NCBI GenBank assembly: GCA_902511005.1
Contig: CABXDN010000002.1
Span: 77,595 to 141,594 of the forward strand
Direction: 5' to 3'
Length of the DNA: 64,000 nt
Origin: an uncultured Candidatus Poseidoniales archaeon
GTDB lineage: Archaea > Thermoplasmatota > Poseidoniia > Poseidoniales > Thalassarchaeaceae
Shown: in pieces, positions 39,688 through 49,498 of the stretch
How positions within the stretch are numbered: position 1 is the stretch's first letter
Layout of the letters: each line of letters opens with the position of its first letter
Notes under the pieces: generated by a model
What the model saw: only the letters and a program-made list of their open reading frames with translations
Databases searched by the model: none
Told to the model about the DNA's origin: nothing
Translations under genes and position numbers: made by a program

Positions 39688-42468
39688 TCAAGCGGTCGTA
39701 TTATTGGATGTAAATAATACCACAAACGCTTCTTTAAGATCTTTAGCCACGTCTTTCATTAAGTCGCTTAAAACAGTAATTCTACCGGAATTATTACTTG
39801 ACACAAACATACCGTTGATAATTACCAAAAATACACTTGCTTCATGGATTGCAATACCTGCTGCAATACTTTGATTGATATTTAACAAAGTAGTTAACAC
39901 TAAAATCAGAGTTATTATTACCGATATTCCGATATTGACATTGACAATGAATTTTGTCCTTTTTGCTAATTTTAATAACTTTACAATTGCCCTTGGGTCT
40001 TCACCAGGTATCAATACATCTGCAGCCTCCAAATTAACCTGATCACCACTACCTACAGCGACTCCGATATTGGCTGCTGCTAAAGCACCAGCGTCATTAA
40101 AACCGTCTCCAGCCATCAGAGTACGACGTGCTTTACTTCTTTCCTCAACCCATTGAGCTTTACCTTCGGGGTCAACGTTACCTCGACATATCGAAGGATC
40201 AATTCCTAATTGACTAGCAAAAGATTCCACTGATGATTGTTCATCTCCACTAAGAATTTCTACAATGATTCCTTGATCTTGCAACATTTGAACCATCTCT
40301 CTGACGCCTTCTCTAGCATCATCATGTATGAAAGAGAACGCAGCTACTGATTTTCCTGATAATGATAATACGCTAACTCCGTGACCTTTTTTTCGAGAAC
40401 TATCTAGGGTTGATTGAATTTCTTCAGTTATTTCTACTCCTTGAGAAATTAGCCAATCTGCTCTTCCAAAAATAATCTCTTTACCGCTCATCTTACCAGA
40501 CACTCCTGCGTCACCATCACTAATTCCAGTAATCCTCTTTGGTATGACATTTGATTCATTGGCTAATGAAATTATAGCCTTGGCATAAGGATGATTTGAG
40601 CGCTGTTCTAATGCTGAAACCATTGATAAGATATCTTCTTTCTTATGACTACTAGTACATACAAACTCGCCAATTTTAGGCTGACCTGTTGTCAAAGTCC
40701 CAGTTTTATCTAATAATGCTAGTTCTATCGAAGCCGCTGATTCAAGAACATCTCCACCTCTCGCCACAAGTCCTGATGCAGAAGCGGTTGAGAGCGCCGT
40801 TGCATGAGGAACTGGTGCAGCCAAAAGTAAAGAGCAGGGGCATGAAACTACCCACAAAATTAGGGTAGTTCTGAAATCTTTGGTTAAAGCCCCATAAAGT
40901 AGAGAACTAATCAATACAAATGGAACCCACATGGCAGTAAAACGCTCTATTGTAGTTTGAGTTCTAGTTGGTTTATCGCGATAACTGCGAACTAAATCAA
41001 TAAGGCTCGCAAGTCTGGTCGTATCTCCACTAGCCTCACATCTAACAATAATAGGACCGCGAACTAACACTAGACCTGCTTCAACATAATCTCCTTTCAT
41101 TACACTAATTGGGATGGGCTCTCCAGTCAGAGGAGCACGATCAATTGCGCCACTGCCTTCAATTATTACACCGTCAATAGGGACAATCTCTCCAGATCTA
41201 ATTTCAACAACGTCTCCAATAGCTAAAGACTCGATAGGAAGCCACTCATCTTCTGATTTAATTACTTTTAAATTAGAATCGCATGTATCATCATCGCAAC
41301 AACTGACTTCAACTGGCTTAACAGTAGATCCACAAGTTCCATCATCACAGCAACTAGTTTCATTGGAAGATGAAAGTCGAGCTAACCTCGGTAAGCGATC
41401 AAGTCCTCCTTGCATAGCATTTCTGGCTTTTACAAGGGCGCTTTCTTCTAGATGTGCTGCAAAGGCAACCAATCCTGTAACTATGAGTGCTTCTGGGTAT
41501 TCTTGCATCAACATCGCCCCAATTACTGCCAATGAAGTCAATACCTGAAAACCGAGTACTCGATTTTGAATACTTGCTATGGCAGCCTTAAACATTGGAA
41601 AACCTGCAAATGAAACTCCGACTAAACATAACAGTATAGCTAAAGAATCAGGTATTGAATTTAATCCATCAATAGCGACCACACCTACAAGTAAAGGCAA
41701 TGTGAGAACTGCTGATAAAAGTTGGACTTGGTCAGGTCTAAGTTTTAAGGTAGTAGATTCTTCAAGTTTTAAATCACTACCAAGAAGTTGTTGTAGCCTT
41801 TCATTTGAGATATCTTTCATTTTTATTGAAGTGAAGGTAATTCTTTGGAATTCAATTTTACCATCTTCAAATCTTACATTAATCATTCCTGGGACTTCTA
41901 ATAATGCTGTTCTAAGCATTTTACGTTCTATTCCAAGATTAGTAGCTGCACGACTAGGCGTAAGGCCGAACACAGATTGCCAGAGAATCTCAGGATTGTG
42001 TCCAAGACTCTCTAATACAGAGTTTGCTCTAGATACTCTACCTTTTGCTAAATCTAAATCCATTCTAACGATACCTTCTGTAACTGATACCTTCACATTG
42101 TTGACGCCGGGTAATCTATTGACTGCTTTTCTAGCCTTCATTGCACAATCTGCGCAATCCATGCCGCCTATTTTCCATTCTATGTTGTAAGTTCCATCAA
42201 CAACTAAATCTGCATCGATTATTTTATCTGCACTTTGTGCAAATGAGATTATATTGTCATTTTTTTCTTTCATCGACTTCTTCAGATCTGATGATTCTTT
42301 CAGTTTCAAAGGAATCTGTGAAATACTGTCCCCGACTGTTTTAGATATGTTGGATAATATTTCCCCAGGTGTATGTTTTGCTACTTTATCGGTAATTGAT
42401 TTGTCATTAGAAGAAATGACGATTTCTTCCTCGTCATCATCAAGAAGAAGAAATTCTTCCTCATCCAT
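39688..42468 (-). CDS. Heavy-metal P1B-type ATPase
   Basis: GMDCADC HMA domain, LTGEP, SCPC, DKTGTLT, HP, GDGFNDA; start placed at MDEEEF (42468) to avoid overlap with the HAD gene. Confidence 0.93.
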   Translation of the reverse strand: MDEEEFLLLDDDEEEIVISSNDKSITDKVAKHTPGEILSNISKTVGDSISQIPLKLKESSDLKKSMKEKNDNIISFAQSADKIIDADLVVDGTYNIEWKIGGMDCADCAMKARKAVNRLPGVNNVKVSVTEGIVRMDLDLAKGRVSRANSVLESLGHNPEILWQSVFGLTPSRAATNLGIERKMLRTALLEVPGMINVRFEDGKIEFQRITFTSIKMKDISNERLQQLLGSDLKLEESTTLKLRPDQVQLLSAVLTLPLLVGVVAIDGLNSIPDSLAILLCLVGVSFAGFPMFKAAIASIQNRVLGFQVLTSLAVIGAMLMQEYPEALIVTGLVAFAAHLEESALVKARNAMQGGLDRLPRLARLSSSNETSCCDDGTCGSTVKPVEVSCCDDDTCDSNLKVIKSEDEWLPIESLAIGDVVEIRSGEIVPIDGVIIEGSGAIDRAPLTGEPIPISVMKGDYVEAGLVLVRGPIIVRCEASGDTTRLASLIDLVRSYRDKPTRTQTTIERFTAMWVPFVLISSLLYGALTKDFRTTLILWVVSCPCSLLLAAPVPHATALSTASASGLVARGGDVLESAASIELALLDKTGTLTTGQPKIGEFVCTSSHKKEDILSMVSALEQRSNHPYAKAIISLANESNVIPKRITGISDGDAGVSGKMSGKEIIFGRADWLISQGVEITEEIQSTLDSSRKKGHGVSVLSLSGKSVAAFSFIHDDAREGVREMVQMLQDQGIIVEILSGDEQSSVESFASQLGIDPSICRGNVDPEGKAQWVEERSKARRTLMAGDGFNDAGALAAANIGVAVGSGDQVNLEAADVLIPGEDPRAIVKLLKLAKRTKFIVNVNIGISVIITLILVLTTLLNINQSIAAGIAIHEASVFLVIINGMFVSSNNSGRITVLSDLMKDVAKDLKEAFVVLFTSNNTTA

Positions 42469-42554
42469 AGTTACCCGACAAGAGCCCCATCCTTGAAGAT
42501 GACTAGATGATGTCTGAGCGATGAGATGATGAAATAGGACTGCTACGCAAGCAT

Positions 42555-43277
42555 ATGAGTACGATGCCTCAAGGCGATGATTGGGAAATGATTGTCTTCG
42601 ATATAGATGGCACATTACTAGATTTTGACGGGTTCCAACCTGATTTAATCCCTTTAATAAGAGAAATAGAGAATATGGGCATAACAGTATCTTTAGCCTC
42701 AGGAAGAACTCTACCAAATGTTACGCCAATACAACAAGTGCTTGCGATATCAGGATTTGCAATAGGTGAGAATGGAGGAATGGTTTGGGATAGTAAAGCA
42801 GGATTTCCGATAAGATGCCTAGCTGATGGAAAGAGGGCAAGAGATGCGGCGGAATGGCTAGCTACTCAAATTGAAGGATTAGATCCAAAAGGAATTGAGA
42901 CAAATCGCTGGAGAGAGACCGAATGGTGCTTGTTGGATACGGAAAATTATGAAAAAATGAAAGATGCTCTAAAAGATTCACAGTGGCCTGATTTACGAGT
43001 TGTACCTACAGGATTTGCAGTACACATTACTGAAAAAGAATTGAATAAAGCTAGTGGACTTAAAGTTGCATTTGAACAAAGAGGTATTGATCCAAAGAAA
43101 GTTATCGCAGTTGGAGATGCGTCGAATGATATCCCTATGTTCAATATGTGTGGTTTTTCTGTAGCAGTAAATAATGAATTCCCAGGCGTGGAAGAAGCTG
43201 CTGATCATCTAACAAAAGTAAAGGGGACTTTAGGGACAATTGAGTTTCTAAAAGAATTTATTAGAACGCGAAAATGA
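42555..43277 (+). CDS. HAD-superfamily IIB phosphatase (archaeal phosphoglycolate phosphatase type)
   Basis: FDIDGTL, LASGR, GENGG, NKASG, GDASNDIPM. Confidence 0.9.
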   Translation: MSTMPQGDDWEMIVFDIDGTLLDFDGFQPDLIPLIREIENMGITVSLASGRTLPNVTPIQQVLAISGFAIGENGGMVWDSKAGFPIRCLADGKRARDAAEWLATQIEGLDPKGIETNRWRETEWCLLDTENYEKMKDALKDSQWPDLRVVPTGFAVHITEKELNKASGLKVAFEQRGIDPKKVIAVGDASNDIPMFNMCGFSVAVNNEFPGVEEAADHLTKVKGTLGTIEFLKEFIRTRK

Positions 43278-43280
43278 AGA

Positions 43281-43365
43281 TGGTGCAGGAGGCAGGATTC
43301 GAACCTGCGAAGCTCTACGCATCGGAACTTGAGCCCGACCCCTTTGACCACTCGGGTACACCTGC
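43281..43365 (-). tRNA. tRNA-Leu(CAA), CCA encoded
   Basis: Reverse complement GCAGGTG..TCGGG-CTCAAGT-TCCGA, long variable arm, GTTCGAATC..CCTGCACCA. Confidence 0.95.
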
Positions 43366-43479
43366 GACCCTCCGAGAGGTTTTTTCTTATTGAGTCCAAC
43401 GGATGAACAGACTTGAAAGAAGATAAACAAAGGAATCATTCATGGCCTTCCTCTCTCTGCCGTTACACAGGTTGCTCAC

Positions 43480-44361
43480 ATGATTGACGAAGTCGCTTCA
43501 TCAAGATTATCTAAGCAACAACTAATTGTTGTCGAAAAAGCCCTTTTTGAGTTGACTAGGCAACAAAAAGCGAGTCAAAATGTACCTGTGGAAATTACAG
43601 TACCAAATTTCTGGTCTTCGATTTATCAATTACTAAGTCATTTAGAAAATGAGTTGGCTGAAACTATAAGGAATGAAGGAATGAATGCAAAAACACAATT
43701 GCAATCACGCAGACTTGGAGTAGCAAGAACGTCTGTTTCGGATCTGACAAGAATGAGGATGAATGCGTTCACTCAACATGCAATTTTAACAAATTTACTC
43801 AAAATGTCGAGTGGAAATCAGAATGGAAATAAAGTCCCACCATTAAATTGGCAACGTCATGACCCTTCAGAAAGAGCCTATTATACAAATGTTGAAAGAT
43901 TAGTTGAGAAATACAAAAATGATGTTTCTTGGGATAATATGCTACATGGAGGAAAACCAATGTCAGCGAGTAAACCAAGTTTAGGAGGTAATGCTGCACT
44001 AACGGAATTTAGTGATTTAGATAAAGAAGAAGAAATTATCTCTTCTGTAATACCTACGCCGGAACCATCTCAAGAAATATGGGATGATCCCGAATTTGAC
44101 GAGGAAGACAGAATTCGTCAAATGGATGAATTTCCAGAAAGAGCTACCGGGGCAATCTCATCAACTTCAATAAACCAAGAACAAGATATAAGAAATAATT
44201 CAGATATGAAAAGAATCAGAATTATTCAAGATTTAATGGACCCTATTATTGACGAAGACGGAACGGCAATTCAGCTTACTGCGGGTGAGGTTGCTAACTT
44301 TTCTTCACTTATGGCGGATACTCTAATTGCAGCAGGTTTTGCTGAATCTGCAGAGATATAG
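43480..44361 (+). CDS. DNA replication complex GINS subunit Gins51
   Basis: Helical A-domain (NFWSSIYQLL..RMRMNAF..SERAYY), acidic linker, C-terminal B-domain RIRIIQDL..IIDEDG..LTAGEV..ADTLIAAGFAE. Confidence 0.7.
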   Translation: MIDEVASSRLSKQQLIVVEKALFELTRQQKASQNVPVEITVPNFWSSIYQLLSHLENELAETIRNEGMNAKTQLQSRRLGVARTSVSDLTRMRMNAFTQHAILTNLLKMSSGNQNGNKVPPLNWQRHDPSERAYYTNVERLVEKYKNDVSWDNMLHGGKPMSASKPSLGGNAALTEFSDLDKEEEIISSVIPTPEPSQEIWDDPEFDEEDRIRQMDEFPERATGAISSTSINQEQDIRNNSDMKRIRIIQDLMDPIIDEDGTAIQLTAGEVANFSSLMADTLIAAGFAESAEI

Positions 44362-44416
44362 AGAAGCAATGACTTAGAGTCGTCATTGTACGACTAGCCT
44401 CACCGAAGGTGAGCCG

Positions 44417-45763
44417 ATGGGAGAATCAGTAACAAATAAACAACTAAAAGAATTCAGAAATAATTTTGCAAATGATCCAGCAGCGAAAGTTGCACAGAAT
44501 GCAGTAACAAATGGAAACCTACTAGATGTTGCGCTAAATAGAGACTTAGTACAAAATATTGATTCGTCATTTTCTGTAAAATTGGATGATTGGAAAGTCA
44601 CAAATCAAAAAAGTAGTGGAAGATGCTGGCTTTTTGCAACTTTGAATTTATTTAGACCTGGTACAATGAAGAAATTAAATGTCAAGAACTTTGAATTTAG
44701 TCAATCACATATTCATTTCTGGGATAAATTTGAAAGAAGTAATCATTTTTTCGAAGCAATTATTGACACAGCAGATAGACCTCTAGACGACCGAACTATT
44801 GGATTTCTTCTGGGTGATCCAATTGGAGATGGCGGGCAATGGAATATGGCAATGAACCTAATCCGTAAACATGGATTAGTGCCAAAAACTGCTTATCCAG
44901 AGAGTATCTCATCATCGAGTACAAGATGGATGAATGCTATACTGAAAGACATTCTAAGAAGTGGAGCAAGTGAACTACGTGAAATTTTAGATAATGGTGG
45001 GTCGAAAGAGGAAGCTAGAGTGCACAAAGATAAGAGAGTTGAAGATATTTGGAGAATATTATGCATCCATCTAGGCACACCTCCTGAAGAATTCGATTGG
45101 CAATGGGAAGATAAAGACGGAGATTTTCACAGAAAAGGGAGCATGACGCCGCAGGAATTTGCTAAAGAATATGTAGATATGGATTGGGAAGATTATGTTT
45201 GTATAGTCAATGATCCGAGAAATGAATATTACCAAACTTACACCGTCGATTACCTGCAAAATGTAGCGGGCGGCCCACCAGTAGTATACCTGAATGTACC
45301 AAGTCAAGAAATGAAAGATGTAACACAGAAGTTACTGGAAGATGGTTTACCTGTATGGATGGGCTGTGATGTAGGGAAGCAAATGCATAGAAAAAGGGGA
45401 CTTTGGGATGCTAAACTATTCGACTTTGCTGAATTGTATGGGGCAGAATTTGGCATGGATAAAGCAAATCGTCTGAGATTTAGTCAGACTATGATGACTC
45501 ATGCTATGTTGTTTACTGGTGTTGACGTCGTTGATGGAGTACCAAGAAGATGGCGAGTTGAGAATTCATGGGGCGCTAAAGAAAGTGGCAAAGAAGGATT
45601 CTATACTATGAATGATTCATGGTATGATGAACACATGTTCGAAATTGCAGCACCTACTGGTTACCTCACTGATAAGATGAAAAAAGGTCTCAGTACAACT
45701 CCTGTAGTATTACCTGCTTGGGATCCTATGGGTAGTCTGGCGAAAGATGAAGCTGCTCTCTGA
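44417..45763 (+). CDS. pepC: Aminopeptidase C / bleomycin hydrolase (peptidase C1B)
   Basis: QKSSGRCWLF, DGGQW, MTHAM, ENSWG, PAWDPMGSLA. Confidence 0.95.
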   Translation: MGESVTNKQLKEFRNNFANDPAAKVAQNAVTNGNLLDVALNRDLVQNIDSSFSVKLDDWKVTNQKSSGRCWLFATLNLFRPGTMKKLNVKNFEFSQSHIHFWDKFERSNHFFEAIIDTADRPLDDRTIGFLLGDPIGDGGQWNMAMNLIRKHGLVPKTAYPESISSSSTRWMNAILKDILRSGASELREILDNGGSKEEARVHKDKRVEDIWRILCIHLGTPPEEFDWQWEDKDGDFHRKGSMTPQEFAKEYVDMDWEDYVCIVNDPRNEYYQTYTVDYLQNVAGGPPVVYLNVPSQEMKDVTQKLLEDGLPVWMGCDVGKQMHRKRGLWDAKLFDFAELYGAEFGMDKANRLRFSQTMMTHAMLFTGVDVVDGVPRRWRVENSWGAKESGKEGFYTMNDSWYDEHMFEIAAPTGYLTDKMKKGLSTTPVVLPAWDPMGSLAKDEAAL

Positions 45764-45789
45764 ATATTTATGCAGACTAGGTCAATAAT

Positions 45790-46140
45790 ATGTCAATAGG
45801 CAATAAAACTAATATTTGTACAATTTGTAGAAATAAAGGTGAAACAAATTGGTATAATATTTCTAACCATAATAAAAAAAATAATCAAGAGAGATTATTT
45901 TCTAATCCAAATAACAAGATCGAACTTTGTAATAGTTGCCATAGTAAAACCACGGGAAAAAATCTACCTCCTGAAAGAGAACATATTCATGATGAAGAAA
46001 GTTCTACTAAACAAAAATTACGTGAAGGAAAAGCTATCGCTAAACAAAAATCAATTCATGGAAGAATTCTTGCACAAAAGAGAAATCTAGAAAGGAAAGA
46101 CAAACAAGAAAGAATTACTTCTAGAAAAAGAAGTTTATAA
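45790..46140 (+). CDS. Degenerate HNH-fold protein, paralogue of 46875..47744
   Basis: CTIC..ETNWYN..NPNNKIELCNSCH aligns with CKIC..RTEWHH..DPNNVIELCRKCH. Confidence 0.65.
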   Translation: MSIGNKTNICTICRNKGETNWYNISNHNKKNNQERLFSNPNNKIELCNSCHSKTTGKNLPPEREHIHDEESSTKQKLREGKAIAKQKSIHGRILAQKRNLERKDKQERITSRKRSL

Positions 46141-46239
46141 TTAATTACTGAGTTTTTGTGTAAAGCTGTTTTTGGTGTTATATCATTATTTCTGATACGG
46201 TTTATATGAAACCTCTATTATGAAAATTATAGAGGAATA

Positions 46240-46518
46240 GTGATGACTAAAATTACACAAAAACTGCTAACTGAAAAAATGATACCGATTGCCCCCCTAA
46301 ATAGTGAGAAATTCGAGAAATTGAGAGTCTCAATAGATGGATATAATGCTGAATGCTTTATTTTTCAGCGAATAAATTCAGATAAGATAATCATTTTATT
46401 TGAAAAAGAGCATCCTGAATTTGGAAAAGAATTTACAACCAAATATTTTCTATTTAAAGAACCAGGGAAAATGATTTGGGGTCATGAAAAGAGGATTATG
46501 AAGATTGTAACAGTATAA
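46240..46518 (+). CDS. Hypothetical protein (AT-rich island)
   Basis: 92-aa ORF with SD-like GAGG. Confidence 0.55.
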   Translation: MMTKITQKLLTEKMIPIAPLNSEKFEKLRVSIDGYNAECFIFQRINSDKIIILFEKEHPEFGKEFTTKYFLFKEPGKMIWGHEKRIMKIVTV

Positions 46519-46552
46519 TTTAGAAAATATAATTCTGTATTAAAATTAATTT

Positions 46553-46590
46553 TTTTGTATTATACAAAATATTATAATATAATACGTATT
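46553..46590. promoter_or_regulatory. Palindromes upstream of island-2 HTH gene
   Basis: TTTTGTAT-T-ATACAAAA (46553-46569) and AATACGTATT (46581-46590). Confidence 0.35.
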
Positions 46591-46607
46591 CCGACATATT
46601 GATAATT

Positions 46608-46865
46608 ATGGCACTCGACGCGAAACAATTGGCGGAATTGTTGAAGCTCAGAGCTATTGGATGGTCTCAGAAAGATATTGCTGAGGCAATAGGTCAATCC
46701 CAACAAGTCGTTGCCTATCAATTAAAGAAATTGAAAGAACAATCGATGAAAGAGGGTGTAGACAACGTATTTTCTGCAGCATTACTAGGAGGAATTGCAG
46801 GGGCAGCAGGAGGTTTTGCTTTGGCTGCAATGATGTTTGAACAATTAACAAAGAAAGAAGAATAG
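46608..46865 (+). CDS. HTH protein with C-terminal Gly/Ala-rich hydrophobic helix
   Basis: LRAIGWSQKDIAEAIGQSQQVVAYQL; ALLGGIAGAAGGFALAAMMF. Confidence 0.75.
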   Translation: MALDAKQLAELLKLRAIGWSQKDIAEAIGQSQQVVAYQLKKLKEQSMKEGVDNVFSAALLGGIAGAAGGFALAAMMFEQLTKKEE

Positions 46866-46874
46866 GTAGATTAT

Positions 46875-47744
46875 ATGGTATTGGGAAGAAAAACAGGTGA
46901 ATGTAAAATTTGTAAAAAGAAAGGAAGGACCGAATGGCACCACATAATTAGTCAAAATCATGCCAAAAAAACTGGACAGCCACATCTAATTTCGGATCCT
47001 AATAATGTAATTGAGCTCTGTAGAAAATGCCACAACCAGACTACAGCATCAATGGTTCGTAAACGTTTGATTAGAGAAGAAGGAAAAAAGACAATCGAAA
47101 ATAGATCCATTATAGAAAGAAAAAGAAGGGAAGAAGCCCTTGCTAAAAGAAAGGCGAAAAATAAACTAGAACTTGAGAGAAGGAAAGTCAGTCTTGTTAA
47201 AGAAGAAAGAAGAAGGACTGAAAGAAAGGTACAGAATGATGAAAGAATAATCAGGAAAAAACAACGTAAGGAAGAAAGAGCAAGATTAGCAAATGAGTAC
47301 GAAGAGAGGAAAGTAAATTCAATTAATCAATTGAAGGAAAGAAGTGTATTTATTGAGAATCCTCCGTCACATAAGAAAAGAGATTTTGTAAGATATCTTA
47401 AACAAAATTTAGATAATGACAAGTCTGTTAAAAATTGGTTTGATTTTTTCCATAATAATTACAGGAGAATAAAACTCTGTAAACTATATCCTACAGATCA
47501 CTGGCTACATAATCCAATTGAGTTTGATAAAAAATTGTCTCAAGATTATGAAAGAGATGGTTTTATGTGGACTGAAACAGGATTTACATGGCATAAGCCA
47601 GTTAATAAGAAACCTCAAGAAGATGAAATATACCAAGAAGCCATAAAAATAATCAATTTAGTTACGAAGGAATTCACCAAAGCAAAAAGAGATTTCAAAA
47701 AGGAAATTAACGGAGTCTTAAATTACCTTTTAATCGGTAAATAA
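46875..47744 (+). CDS. HNH endonuclease with charged coiled coil and C-terminal domain
   Basis: CKIC..EWHHI..N..LCRKCH Zn-HNH motif. Confidence 0.8.
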   Translation: MVLGRKTGECKICKKKGRTEWHHIISQNHAKKTGQPHLISDPNNVIELCRKCHNQTTASMVRKRLIREEGKKTIENRSIIERKRREEALAKRKAKNKLELERRKVSLVKEERRRTERKVQNDERIIRKKQRKEERARLANEYEERKVNSINQLKERSVFIENPPSHKKRDFVRYLKQNLDNDKSVKNWFDFFHNNYRRIKLCKLYPTDHWLHNPIEFDKKLSQDYERDGFMWTETGFTWHKPVNKKPQEDEIYQEAIKIINLVTKEFTKAKRDFKKEINGVLNYLLIGK

Positions 47745-47745
47745 A

Positions 47746-48075
47746 TCATCCGAGATTTCGAAGTGAAAGTTCAATAGTGACCGAATCTGGATATTCAATC
47801 ATCATGATTGCTTTCAATGCCTTCTCATCTTTAGAACTATTAGTTACAAGTTCTAAGAGACGCTTGTGGAAACGCATTTCCCAATGATCCCAAGTTTCTG
47901 CGCCCTCACCATCTGGAGCTTTTCTGCATGGAACAACTAATTTACGAGTAGGTAAAGGTATAGGTCCACGAAGTGCAACTCCAGATTTATCTGAAATAGC
48001 CTTAATGGTAGCACATACCAAATCTACATCTTTGTAGTTATCACCAGTTAACTTGATTGTAGTAACGACTGGCAT
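47746..48075 (-). CDS. rps10: 30S ribosomal protein uS10
   Basis: GPIPLPTRKL..RKAPDGEG..WDHWEMRFHKRLL; SD GGTGA. Confidence 0.95.
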   Translation of the reverse strand: MPVVTTIKLTGDNYKDVDLVCATIKAISDKSGVALRGPIPLPTRKLVVPCRKAPDGEGAETWDHWEMRFHKRLLELVTNSSKDEKALKAIMMIEYPDSVTIELSLRNLG

Positions 48076-48104
48076 TTTATTCACTCACCAATCTCTCTAA
48101 AAAT

Positions 48105-49391
48105 CTAAGCTTTCTTCTCAATCTTCATGCAGACGCCAGCAGCCACAGTCTTACCCATGTCACGAATAGCGAATCTTGCAAGTTCAGGGAATGCATCCAT
48201 CTGCTCGATAGCCATAGGCTTGGTTGGTCCGAAACGGATTAAAGCAGCATCTCCAGTCTTCAGGAACGGAGGGTTTGCTTCCTTAGTCTTAGAATTCTCT
48301 AGTAGTTCTACAAATCGAACTGCTACTTGGCTAGTATGGCAGTGGAACACGGGCGTGTATCCTACACCGATAGCTTTCGGGATTTCCATAAGTTGAATTT
48401 GTCCAACGAATGTTTCGTCGTGACGTACGAAGTTAGGTGCAGATTCAGGATATCCTGCAACGTCTCCACGGCGGATATCAGTTGCAGCTAATCCACGAAC
48501 GTTGAATCCAACGTTGTCGCCTGGTTCAGCCTTAGCGTGAACTGTGTGGTGCATCTCAATCGACTTAACTTCAGCAGATTTTTGACTTGGATTGAAAACT
48601 ACAGTTTTACCTGAGTTTAGTGTACCAGTCTCAATCTTTCCTACCGGAACTGTTCCAATACCACTGATTTTGTAAACATCCTGAATTGGCAATCTTAGAG
48701 GACGGTCAGTTGGTTTTGGAGGCATCTGAATAGCATCAATTGCTTCGAAAAGAGTAGGTCCATTGTACCATGACATGTTCTCACTCTTGTTGTAGATGTT
48801 CTCTCCGTAGAAAGATGATCCTGCAATCATTGGAACGTCAGCCGGATTAAATCCTGCCATCTTTAATAGATTAGATACTTCTGTCTTAACTGAATTGTAT
48901 TTATCTTCTGAGTAATCCACACCGCTAATATCCATCTTGTTGATGTTAACTATTAGTTGTTTTACTCCAAGGACACGTGCTAGGAAAGCGTGTTCCTTAG
49001 TTTGCGCGTTTACTCCATCGTTTGCAGCTACACAAAGTACTGCAGCATCTGCTTGGCTAGTTCCAGTGATCATGTTCTTTACGAAATCACGGTGACCAGG
49101 AGCATCAATAACTGTGAAGTAATAGTTTGGAGTGTAGAATTCTTTGTGAGCTACGTCAATAGTAATTCCACGCTCTCGCTCTTCTTTCAGTCCATCCATA
49201 ACATAAGCCAGACCGAAACCTGCCTTACCTTGCTCTGATGCAAGTTTCTCATTTTTGTCAATTACGTGCTGTTCAATATGACCGCTGTCTAGAAGTAGTC
49301 TTCCAACTGTTGTCGATTTTCCATGGTCAACGTGACCAACGAATACTATATTCAAGTGCGGTTTCTTTTTATCTTCCCATTGTGAACCCAT
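48105..49391 (-). CDS. tuf: Elongation factor EF-1alpha
   Basis: [44 protein letters not shown]. Confidence 0.98.
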   Translation of the reverse strand: MGSQWEDKKKPHLNIVFVGHVDHGKSTTVGRLLLDSGHIEQHVIDKNEKLASEQGKAGFGLAYVMDGLKEERERGITIDVAHKEFYTPNYYFTVIDAPGHRDFVKNMITGTSQADAAVLCVAANDGVNAQTKEHAFLARVLGVKQLIVNINKMDISGVDYSEDKYNSVKTEVSNLLKMAGFNPADVPMIAGSSFYGENIYNKSENMSWYNGPTLFEAIDAIQMPPKPTDRPLRLPIQDVYKISGIGTVPVGKIETGTLNSGKTVVFNPSQKSAEVKSIEMHHTVHAKAEPGDNVGFNVRGLAATDIRRGDVAGYPESAPNFVRHDETFVGQIQLMEIPKAIGVGYTPVFHCHTSQVAVRFVELLENSKTKEANPPFLKTGDAALIRFGPTKPMAIEQMDAFPELARFAIRDMGKTVAAGVCMKIEKKA

Positions 49392-49498
49392 ATGATACAC
49401 CCCTAAGGTAGCCCGCCGACCGTAGAGGCATATTTGAATCCATTCATCTTAATGTATATATTGATATGTGAAATAAAACATTCAAATTGCGCCGCAGT

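Noticed and set aside
41114-42496. Several + strand ORFs up to 203 aa, and similar antisense ORFs elsewhere
   Set aside because: Antisense to well-supported genes, with no recognisable motifs
42469-42717. N-terminal extension of the 1009-aa ATPase ORF
   Set aside because: Overlaps the divergent HAD gene and looks non-coding; the real start is probably ATG 42468
43281-43365. U-U mismatch in the tRNA-Leu acceptor stem suggesting a pseudogene or editing
   Set aside because: A single internal mismatch is tolerated and the rest of the cloverleaf and CCA are intact
43205-43439. Two short minus-strand ORFs
   Set aside because: They overlap tRNA-Leu(CAA) and are spurious
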